This document shows, piece after piece, positions 1 through 7,283 of a stretch of DNA of 64,000 nt. Source of the DNA: a virus; the IMG/VR virus record IMGVR_UViG_3300042562_002450, positions 32,001-96,000 of that record. One strand, 5' to 3'. Below the pieces are notes generated by a model that saw only the letters and a list, made by a program, of their open reading frames with translations, made no database searches and had not been told where the DNA came from. How positions within the stretch are numbered: position 1 is the stretch's first letter; the number at the start of each line of letters is the position of its first letter. Both the position numbers and the translations under genes were made by a program.

Positions 1-62
1 ATAGAGCTTTAGAATCTGTTGATCTTATTCATTTTGAAATAGAACGAATTGCAAACAATAGA

Positions 63-491
63 ATGCTTTATGGTAAAACTGCAAATCAATGGATTGAGTG
101 GTTTAATGTAGAAATACATCCACAGCCTGATCCATTACAAATACAAACATATTGCTCTCTCCTTAATCAGCGCTTTAATGAAGCTTATAAGCTAAAGGCC
201 AAGACCTTGAATCATTTCGCGACTTTTAAAGCAAGTTATGAGGAAGAAAAGGCAAAAGAGATAAGTCGTATAGCCATGAGAAAAGACCGAAAGGTTGTTC
301 CTTCAGCTGATACCTTGGAGCTTGTCGCAGATAGTCAATTAGGCAATCGCAAAATAATGTATGACCAGTACCAACTTTATATTGATTTTTGGCAGAACAT
401 CATATATAAATTAAAGGACACGTTAGAACTAATTAGGATTGCTGGTATGAGCAACGGAACTTTATACAAAGCAGAAAGAGGGAGTTATTAA
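63..491 (+). CDS. Hypothetical helical protein, possibly a UvsY-like recombination mediator
   Basis: 142 aa ORF, predicted mostly helical; UvsY-like size; three genes upstream of recA. Confidence 0.35.
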   Translation: MLYGKTANQWIEWFNVEIHPQPDPLQIQTYCSLLNQRFNEAYKLKAKTLNHFATFKASYEEEKAKEISRIAMRKDRKVVPSADTLELVADSQLGNRKIMYDQYQLYIDFWQNIIYKLKDTLELIRIAGMSNGTLYKAERGSY

Positions 492-766
492 TGACGAACG
501 AGACAGAAGTAGAAAAAACAACAAGCGAACCAGTAAGAGAATATGGGTTTACTGTAATGGTTGAGAAAGATGGGAACATCAAACTTACACCACACAATCT
601 TGTTAATGACTTTGAATTTGTAGGCCTAGCAGAGTATGTTAATCAAAAGAAATCAGATGTTGTAAAAACCATCGGTGTTTCAATTGAAACAAGAACTCTA
701 CATTCAATTGGTCTATTAGCAAAAGCATTAGCAGGAGCAGCCCAGAACGATCTTAAGGTCCAATAA
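491..766 (+). CDS. Hypothetical protein
   Basis: 91 aa ORF; GGAG RBS; start overlaps upstream stop. Confidence 0.7.
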   Translation: MTNETEVEKTTSEPVREYGFTVMVEKDGNIKLTPHNLVNDFEFVGLAEYVNQKKSDVVKTIGVSIETRTLHSIGLLAKALAGAAQNDLKVQ

Positions 767-780
767 TGAAGTAGGACGAT

Positions 781-1059
781 GTGAGCCCTGAAGCGAATTT
801 GCTTTTTGCAATTTTTAAACAAACAATTTTGGACTATATAAAATTAGATCCCGATAGTGATTGTATTTCTGCTGACTTTTATGAGTCAGAGGGTGAAGAC
901 TACAAAACTGCTGAAAATATAATTTTTAACAGTGGGAAAATATACTACGGGAATCTAATTTTTACATTTCATGATCTTTGTGAATTATTTCAAGAAGTTA
1001 TTCACTTAAGTCCTCGTCAATTAAAATCAGAGATTATTCAAAAAGCTATTCACTTTTAA
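781..1059 (+). CDS. Hypothetical protein
   Basis: 92 aa ORF, GTG start after AGGA. Confidence 0.65.
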   Translation: MSPEANLLFAIFKQTILDYIKLDPDSDCISADFYESEGEDYKTAENIIFNSGKIYYGNLIFTFHDLCELFQEVIHLSPRQLKSEIIQKAIHF

Positions 1060-1090
1060 AAAAATATTAAGATATCTATATAGAAAATTA

Positions 1091-1108
1091 TATATAGAAT
1101 TCTATATA
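1091..1108. promoter_or_regulatory. Perfect 18-bp palindrome (operator-like) abutting the recA RBS
   Basis: TATATAGAATTCTATATA directly before AAGGAG; second palindrome TCTATATAGA at 1075-1084. Confidence 0.4.
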
Positions 1109-1119
1109 AAGGAGAACTA

Positions 1120-2166
1120 ATGGCTAAAAACGTGGCACCTCAAACTGGTGAAAAGAACAAAGCATTAGACTTAGCCTTAGCCGCAATTGAAAAACAATTT
1201 GGCAAAGGTACTGTTATGCGTATGGATCCAACTCAAATCGTGGCTGTGCCCCTACTGAGTTCTGGAATTCCAAGTGTCGATCTAGCTCTTTCAGGTAAAT
1301 ACCCAGGTGGTATTCCCAAAGGAAGGATTGTCGAAATCTATGGACCTGAGTCGTCAGGTAAAACAACTTTAACCCTTCACTTTGCTGCTGAATGCCAACG
1401 TAATGGTGGAACTGTTGCTTTTATCGATGCAGAACATGCACTAGACCCAGTCTATGCTGGTAAGCTCGGTGTTGATGTTCCTAAAATGCTTATCTCTCAA
1501 CCAGATAACGGGGAACAGGCACTAGAGATTGCTGACATGCTTGTAAGCTCAGGATCTATAGATCTCCTTATTATTGATTCAGTTGCTGCTCTAACTCCTA
1601 AAAAGGAATTAGAAGGAGACATGGGTGACTCACATATGGGCTTGCAAGCTCGCATGATGTCACAAGGTCTTCGTAAGCTTACTGGAAATATCTCAAGGAC
1701 AAATTGTACTGTGATTTTCATTAACCAACTTCGTATGAAAATTGGAGTAATGTTTGGAAATCCTGAGACAACTACTGGTGGAAATGCACTTAAGTTTTAT
1801 GCTTCATGTCGTATGGATATCCGTAGAACTGGCCAAATCAAAGATGGAGAAGAAGTTGTTGGAGCTACTAGTAGAATAAAAGTAGTTAAAAATAAAGTCT
1901 TTCCTCCTTTCAGAGAAGCCGAACCAAGCATCATGTATGCTCAAGCAGGATTTGATGTAGTCTCCGACTTACTTGATATTGCAGCCGATAAGGGTGTAGT
2001 TGAAAAAGCTGGAGCTTGGTATAAGTATAAAGGAACGAATATTGGTCAAGGTAAAGCAAATACTGCTCAATTCTTAAGAGATACTCCTCAAGAATTAGAT
2101 AAGATTAAAGCTGACTTGTCCGTCTTTTTTTCGCCAGCTAGCCCTGGTGAGTTACCTCTAGACTAA
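1120..2166 (+). CDS. recA: Recombinase RecA
   Basis: [16 protein letters not shown] Walker [42 protein letters not shown]; no intein. Confidence 0.98.
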   Translation: MAKNVAPQTGEKNKALDLALAAIEKQFGKGTVMRMDPTQIVAVPLLSSGIPSVDLALSGKYPGGIPKGRIVEIYGPESSGKTTLTLHFAAECQRNGGTVAFIDAEHALDPVYAGKLGVDVPKMLISQPDNGEQALEIADMLVSSGSIDLLIIDSVAALTPKKELEGDMGDSHMGLQARMMSQGLRKLTGNISRTNCTVIFINQLRMKIGVMFGNPETTTGGNALKFYASCRMDIRRTGQIKDGEEVVGATSRIKVVKNKVFPPFREAEPSIMYAQAGFDVVSDLLDIAADKGVVEKAGAWYKYKGTNIGQGKANTAQFLRDTPQELDKIKADLSVFFSPASPGELPLD

Positions 2167-2235
2167 AGCACATAGGGTCATGCCCTATCCGACGAGTGGT
2201 AATCGTGACAAGGGGTGAGAGAGCCTCACATTTTA

Positions 2236-2312
2236 GGGCGAGTAGCTCAACTGGATAGAGCACCGTCTTTCTAAGGCGGGGGTTTCAGGTTCGATTCCTG
2301 ACTTGCCCGCCA
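2236..2312 (+). tRNA. tRNA-Arg(UCU)
   Basis: Cloverleaf: acceptor GGGCGAG/CTTGCCC, anticodon arm CCGTC-TTTCTAA-GGCGG, T-loop TTCGATT, encoded CCA. Confidence 0.96.
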
Positions 2313-2599
2313 TTCTTTATAGTATCTATAAAGACAATAATACTTTTAAAACCACCGCTCACTGCCGTTACGTGTCGTGCCTAACTACACTAACGTTCAC
2401 TTAGGTTTTAAAACATGCGACAGCATATTTTTGTTAATTGTATTAAGAGACCCAGTCGACGGTACATACAATAACATAATCAATATAAATGGTTCGCAAA
2501 ACGTTGCACTTGTCCTTAGGACATTTGCTCACCAATCAATGGGGGACAGTGATGTTCCCCAATATGATTTCAAATTAAATAACTAAACAAAAGGTCTAT

Positions 2600-2929
2600 A
2601 TGAAAATTATCGTCACAGGCGGTAGGGATTATTCAGATGCTACCAAAGTCTATTCAACTTTGGATCACTTCAACCCAGATATCATTATTCATGGAGATTG
2701 CAGTGGAGCAGATACTCTTGCTTCAAAATGGGCTAAAAAAAATAACAAACAAGAAATTCCTTATCCATATCCTGGTGAATATGGACGAGCCGGTGGACCT
2801 ATACGTAATAGGCAAATGTGTGAAGAACATCCTGATGCATTACTTCTCGCCTTTCCAGGTGGTAGCGGTACAGCATCTTGTAAAAGAGAAGCAAAATCAT
2901 TAGGCTTAAAAATATATGAGGTACTTTAA
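2600..2929 (+). CDS. SLOG/YspA (DUF2493-like) nucleotide-binding protein
   Basis: IIVTGGRDY, IIHG..GAD.LA..WA, GPIRN.QM, AFPGGSGT motifs. Confidence 0.8.
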   Translation: MKIIVTGGRDYSDATKVYSTLDHFNPDIIIHGDCSGADTLASKWAKKNNKQEIPYPYPGEYGRAGGPIRNRQMCEEHPDALLLAFPGGSGTASCKREAKSLGLKIYEVL

Positions 2930-3187
2930 ATGAGTGGGTGTAGTTATGAAACGAGTTGTCCAAATTGTAATAATGAAGTTAGTGAATATAGCGACCATAA
3001 GCCATTCGGTGTTACTATCATCGGACCCTGCCTCAATTGCGGCTTCTATACAACTGTAGATGTTCATTACTTAAATCTTGAAGAGCTAAATGAAGCACGG
3101 GATCAATACAATATAGATTTTGAATATGAGGGAGAAGATATGCTTCTTCCGTTAGTGGAATTACCAGAACAGGATAAAGAATTATGA
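2930..3187 (+). CDS. Hypothetical zinc-ribbon protein
   Basis: CPNC and CLNC pairs. Confidence 0.6.
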   Translation: MSGCSYETSCPNCNNEVSEYSDHKPFGVTIIGPCLNCGFYTTVDVHYLNLEELNEARDQYNIDFEYEGEDMLLPLVELPEQDKEL

Positions 3188-3555
3188 AAGTAGTGATCAA
3201 TAGATGTCATGGTGGTTTTGGTCTAAGTAATGAAGCATTTGAATGGCTCATTCAAAGTAAAGGCTGGAAGGTAACTAATTATTCAAAAGACGACAAAGTA
3301 TATGAAGACCCTACTGCTCAACTAGTAAATGCTGATAGTTCATTTGGTAATAAGTATTACATGGTTGATAACCATTCCGATAATGAAACAAGAACAAATC
3401 CCGACATCATAGAAGTAGTTGAAACCCTTGGCAAAGCTGCTAATGGAATGTACGCTTCGCTAGGCATCACAGATGTGCCTGATGATGTTGAGTGGGAAAT
3501 AGGAGAATATGATGGAAGCGAATGGGTCCAAGAGCTTCATAGAAAATGGAGCTAA
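3184..3555 (+). CDS. Conserved phage hypothetical protein
   Basis: KVVINRCHGGFGLS ... EYDGSEWV pattern typical of a widespread phage family. Confidence 0.7.
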   Translation: MKVVINRCHGGFGLSNEAFEWLIQSKGWKVTNYSKDDKVYEDPTAQLVNADSSFGNKYYMVDNHSDNETRTNPDIIEVVETLGKAANGMYASLGITDVPDDVEWEIGEYDGSEWVQELHRKWS

Positions 3556-3751
3556 ATGTATTCATGCTAACCTAGAGCCTTCTTATGGGTTTGCAGGATC
3601 TAGTGGTTGGAGAGGAATTGGTGTTGGTTACTGGTGTGCAGATTGTCATGCCGTGCCTAGGTTTTATGATGATACCGAGCTATGCTCAAAAGATGAAATT
3701 GAATATAACAAGAATAAACGAGAAAGCACTTTAGAAATAAAGGCTTCTTAA
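3509..3751 (+). CDS. Hypothetical protein (start uncertain)
   Basis: 80 aa ORF with WCADC; overlaps upstream gene. Confidence 0.4.
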   Translation: MMEANGSKSFIENGAKCIHANLEPSYGFAGSSGWRGIGVGYWCADCHAVPRFYDDTELCSKDEIEYNKNKRESTLEIKAS

Positions 3752-3761
3752 TTAAAAGGAA

Positions 3762-4151
3762 TTGGTTATGATTTTTTTAGAAATAGTTGCAGTATTACTG
3801 GCGGTTGCCGCTGCATTCTCTATTGCTGTTTATGTATTTAGTAAAAAAAGAAAGAGCTATGATCAAGCAGAAGATATTCTTGAAACTGATCTTCCATGGA
3901 CTATTGTTAAAGCAGCAGAAGAGCGTTTAGGAGAAGTTGTTAGTTTTGAATATGATGACATTAAAGGATGGATCCAAAACTACCCACCGATACCTGAGAT
4001 CAAACAAAAAGAAGTTAGTAAAAAAAAAGTTAGTAAAAAAAAAGTTTCTAAGAAAAAAGTTACAAAAAAAATAAGTAAAAAAGTTTCTAAGAAAAAAGTT
4101 ACAAAAAAAATAAGTAAAAAAGCTTCTAAGAAAAAAGTGAGTAAAAAATGA
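3762..4151 (+). CDS. Membrane-anchored protein with Lys-rich histone-H1-like C-terminal tail
   Basis: N-terminal hydrophobic helix; KKKVS/KKVT/KKIS repeats. Confidence 0.7.
   Translation: MVMIFLEIVAVLLAVAAAFSIAVYVFSKKRKSYDQAEDILETDLPWTIVKAAEERLGEVVSFEYDDIKGWIQNYPPIPEIKQKEVSKKKVSKKKVSKKKVTKKISKKVSKKKVTKKISKKASKKKVSKK
4041..4140 (+). repeat. 39-nt tandem repeat (~2.5 copies) encoding KVSKKKVTKKISK
   Basis: aaagtttctaagaaaaaagttacaaaaaaaataagtaaa at 4041-4079 and 4080-4118, then a partial third copy. Confidence 0.85.
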
Positions 4152-4333
4152 ATTTTTTTACATTGCTAGCAGTCCTATTTATAGGATTAAAATTAACTAA
4201 TTTCATTACATGGTCGTGGTGGCTCGTTCTATTACCGCTTTATGGTGGACTTGGAATTGCTTTTGGCATTATGTTTTTTGGCTTTATTGTTACAGTAATT
4301 TTTGGAAAACCTTCATATAAATTTAAAAGGTAA
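4148..4333 (+). CDS. Small membrane protein
   Basis: Two hydrophobic segments, ITWSWWLVLLPL pattern common in phages. Confidence 0.7.
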   Translation: MNFFTLLAVLFIGLKLTNFITWSWWLVLLPLYGGLGIAFGIMFFGFIVTVIFGKPSYKFKR

Positions 4334-4335
4334 AA

Positions 4336-4653
4336 ATGCATTCTTTAGTTGATCTTGTTTTAATGAGAGATAGAACTTTGAAAAGAGATGAAGTTCAAAA
4401 CATCTTAACACTAACGACTGAGGTTGTTCGTGAAAATTTGCAAGAAGGAAGGGATGTTCTTTGGGTTGATCTTTGTACTTTTACTTGGAAAGTTAAAGCT
4501 AAAACAAAGAAAGAGCTTGCTCTTTTTGCAGAAAATCCAGAACTTGCTAGATGTGACAAGATAAGAATTCAGCCCGCTGAAGGCATGGAATCTCTTGATG
4601 CTTTTGGTGGAGTAATCAAAGAATCAAAACGTAAAGTTAAAAAAGTCGAATGA
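4336..4653 (+). CDS. Divergent HU/IHF-like DNA-binding protein
   Basis: LKRDEVQNIL...EVVRENLQEGRDV....CTF.WK pattern follows HU helix1-helix2-beta layout. Confidence 0.5.
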   Translation: MHSLVDLVLMRDRTLKRDEVQNILTLTTEVVRENLQEGRDVLWVDLCTFTWKVKAKTKKELALFAENPELARCDKIRIQPAEGMESLDAFGGVIKESKRKVKKVE

Positions 4654-4689
4654 TCATGACAAGAAGTCATAAAACAAAATGGAGGACAT

Positions 4690-4971
4690 ATGGTTAGACA
4701 ACCGAAACCACGAAAACGCTCAAGAGCTGACTTACTAAGAGATGCTTGCCAAGAAAACTATGATGGATACACTCAGGATTCAACTAAAGAAGAAATTGCA
4801 CGATTAAGCAAAGTTAACTTCTCACTAGTTGAAGACAAGAAAGCTGTAACAAAAAGTATGAATGAAGTAATTAAAGACAATCAAATGAAAGTTGAATATT
4901 TAGTTGAAAAACTAGATGCTTTACGTCATGACGTTGCTGTTGCTTATCATTTAGAACAAGCTGAGTCTTAA
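4690..4971 (+). CDS. Hypothetical protein
   Basis: 93 aa ORF, GGAGG RBS. Confidence 0.75.
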   Translation: MVRQPKPRKRSRADLLRDACQENYDGYTQDSTKEEIARLSKVNFSLVEDKKAVTKSMNEVIKDNQMKVEYLVEKLDALRHDVAVAYHLEQAES

Positions 4972-5166
4972 GTGTCTCAACTCTTATTGTTCCCAGAAAT
5001 GGGAACAAGAGACTTTGTCTCAATAAATAAAGAATATGCCTTAGAGTCTGCAGTTCAATTAATTGAAGATTGCATTATTGGTTTTGATGATTGGAATGAA
5101 TATTACAAAACAGATGAGCTCTATAGAATTATTAATAAACTTAAAGAGTTAAAAAAAGATGACTAA
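4972..5166 (+). CDS. Hypothetical protein
   Basis: 64 aa ORF abutting neighbours. Confidence 0.55.
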   Translation: MSQLLLFPEMGTRDFVSINKEYALESAVQLIEDCIIGFDDWNEYYKTDELYRIINKLKELKKDD

Positions 5167-5482
5167 AAATGATTATCTAGAATACCACAGGTCTATGTGT
5201 AATAAGATGGTGGAAATTGCTAAAGCAAAAAATGCTGATTACACTGGCGCAATCGAAGACCCCTTTGCAAATTTTAGTAGAGTTAATATTCTTGGAATAT
5301 GTTCTACAGAACAAGGGTTTCTTGTAAGAATGAATGATAAGTTCTCGCGGATTATTTCATTTGTTCAAAAAGGTATTTTTGAAGTAAAAGATGAAAGTGT
5401 CGAAGATACTTTATTAGACTTAGCTAACTATGCCATTTTAATGGCTGGTTATATTAAGTCACAAAAGCAAAAAGCTCATTAA
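5159..5482 (+). CDS. DUF1599 / nucleotide-modification-associated all-alpha NTP pyrophosphatase-like protein
   Basis: KNADY...DPFANF...RMNDK.SRI...ESVEDTLLDLANYAIL motif. Confidence 0.7.
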   Translation: MTKNDYLEYHRSMCNKMVEIAKAKNADYTGAIEDPFANFSRVNILGICSTEQGFLVRMNDKFSRIISFVQKGIFEVKDESVEDTLLDLANYAILMAGYIKSQKQKAH

Positions 5483-5499
5483 TGGGCTTCATTGAAGTT

Positions 5500-6023
5500 T
5501 TCTTTAATGACTAATAAAAGATGTATGTTTAACTTCCTGTCCTACGGCAGTTCATTAAACATACATGTAATCTTGTGCTGGGCTCTTCGGTACCTTAGGC
5601 CTCTAAGGATACACGGGTTCCGGGATCCTGATCCAGGAAGAATAACTTGCAACTATTAGAAATTAATAGAAGCGATGTCTATCGATTTTGCCTGGTAGCA
5701 TGCGACTGCAGGTGTATGCAATTGGAGCTGGAGACGGCGTGCGGGCGGAGCTGCGCGAGCGCTTCGTACGAGATTACATTCTGAAACTATCAGGGGGAGA
5801 AATCCCCCAAATAGTTTTTATTAGAATTTAGGAAACAATATGTTAGTAACTAGCATATCAGTAAAATTTTCATTCCTTACAACTTTTTGGAAGTGTCTGT
5901 TATAAAAGAAGTTTTATAACATACTCTTCTTCTAGAGGATGTAGGGGGAATAGCTACTACCTGACAAATTTCGCGATGGAGATAGGAATACGTTTCTATC
6001 TCCTAAGGTAGTATTTTTTTTTT
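5500..6023 (+). ncRNA. Candidate ~520-nt structured non-coding RNA (or origin-like structured DNA)
   Basis: No ORF in the track; at least eight stem-loops including GAAA and TACG tetraloops; ends in hairpin plus T10. Confidence 0.5.
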
Positions 6024-6038
6024 AAAAAAGGTGGTTAT

Positions 6039-7100
6039 ATGAATGTAAATTTTAAAACAATTTTTTATGAAGAATTGATTGATACAAATTCAGAATATAA
6101 AAAAACAGCAGAAGAAACTATATCAAAGTTTCCAAATGCAAAAATAATAAAAGTAAAATCTCATAATAAAATTAAAGAATTATACGAGATAAATCCCCAA
6201 GAGTGGATTAAATCAAAAAAAGATTATTTAGTTCTTGGTATAAAAAAAGATCTAAAACATCAAGCAAATACAAAGTCCTCAGACTTTATAGCAGCATCAC
6301 ATACTACTGGATGCTTGGCATCTTGTCAGTATTGCTATGTTGCAAGAAATTCCGGCGGATCAAATGTCGCCAAATCTTATGTTAATATAAAAGAAATAAC
6401 TAATTCTATAGATAGTCATCAAAAAGAAATAGGTAAAAAAACGATAAGCAATCAGCAAGACTCAGATTTTTGGGTCTATGATATTGGATGCAATAATGAT
6501 AACAGTCTTGATGCATTCTATTCAAACAATTCAGTTAATTTAATAAATGCGTTTGCAGAAATGAAAAATGCAAAAGCATCTTTTGCTACAAAGTTTGTAA
6601 ATGAAGAAGCTTGGCTATCTGTTGACCCCAAAGGGAAAACAAGGATTAGGTATAGTCTAATGCCTCAAGAGGTATCTAAGTACGTAGATATTAGAACTAG
6701 TCCGATCTCTGATCGTATTAAGTCTATGAATAACTTGGTTGATGCAGGATACGAGGTTCATGCAAACTTTAGTCCTGTTATTGTTTATGGTGGAGACCAG
6801 TGGGCAAAAGACTGGAAAAAACTTTGGGAAGAGATGAATGATGTCTTAAATCAAAAAGTTAAAAATCAGCTAAAGTCAGAAGTTATATTCCTTACACATA
6901 GCCAAAAGCTTCATGAGCTTAATATGGAATGGAATCCAAAAGGTGAAGAATTCCTTTTTGGTCAAATTCATCAACATGAAAAATACAATAAGCCGGATGT
7001 GCTTGTTTATGATTATGCAGAAAAAAAGAAACTAGTAGAGCGATTTACTAATGGTATGAATAAATATATTCCTTATTGCAAGATAAGGTACATTTTTTAA
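6039..7100 (+). CDS. Spore photoproduct lyase family radical SAM protein
   Basis: GCLASCQYCYV CxxxCxxC, YDIGCNND, ATKFVN, RIRYSLMP, VHANFSPVI motifs. Confidence 0.85.
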   Translation: MNVNFKTIFYEELIDTNSEYKKTAEETISKFPNAKIIKVKSHNKIKELYEINPQEWIKSKKDYLVLGIKKDLKHQANTKSSDFIAASHTTGCLASCQYCYVARNSGGSNVAKSYVNIKEITNSIDSHQKEIGKKTISNQQDSDFWVYDIGCNNDNSLDAFYSNNSVNLINAFAEMKNAKASFATKFVNEEAWLSVDPKGKTRIRYSLMPQEVSKYVDIRTSPISDRIKSMNNLVDAGYEVHANFSPVIVYGGDQWAKDWKKLWEEMNDVLNQKVKNQLKSEVIFLTHSQKLHELNMEWNPKGEEFLFGQIHQHEKYNKPDVLVYDYAEKKKLVERFTNGMNKYIPYCKIRYIF

Positions 7101-7282
7101 TTATAGGAGCACAAATGAATACAGATGAAGCATTTAATAATATAGCAATTGTCATGAATGATTGCTATGATGCAGCCGAAAGACTATATAATAATGATCT
7201 TGGTTGGGATGCTGATGCTTACAATGCTATGGGCGATTTATTAAAAAGTGTATTAGAAAAATATTTTCACGCAGAGGTATAG
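7076..7282 (+). CDS. Hypothetical protein (likely start ATG 7115)
   Basis: AGGAG RBS before MNTDEAF. Confidence 0.6.
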   Translation: MQDKVHFLIIGAQMNTDEAFNNIAIVMNDCYDAAERLYNNDLGWDADAYNAMGDLLKSVLEKYFHAEV

Positions 7283-7283
7283 C

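Noticed and set aside
2170-2240. HDV-like (theta), hammerhead or pistol ribozyme call
   Set aside because: Lacks the HDV L3 and J4/2 consensus, the CUGANGA/GAAA core and the pistol AAA motif; theta ribozymes sit 3' of tRNAs. Kept only as a generic structured element.
2377-2586. 69 aa ORF after tRNA-Arg
   Set aside because: GTG start without RBS and no recognisable motif; the region contains small hairpins (TGTCC/GGACA, GGGGAC/GTTCCC) and may be non-coding.
5500-6023. RNase P RNA, tmRNA, SAM-I riboswitch or retron ncRNA identity
   Set aside because: No GAGGAAAGTCC-type P4, tRNA-like ends or SAM-I core found; no reverse transcriptase in the window.
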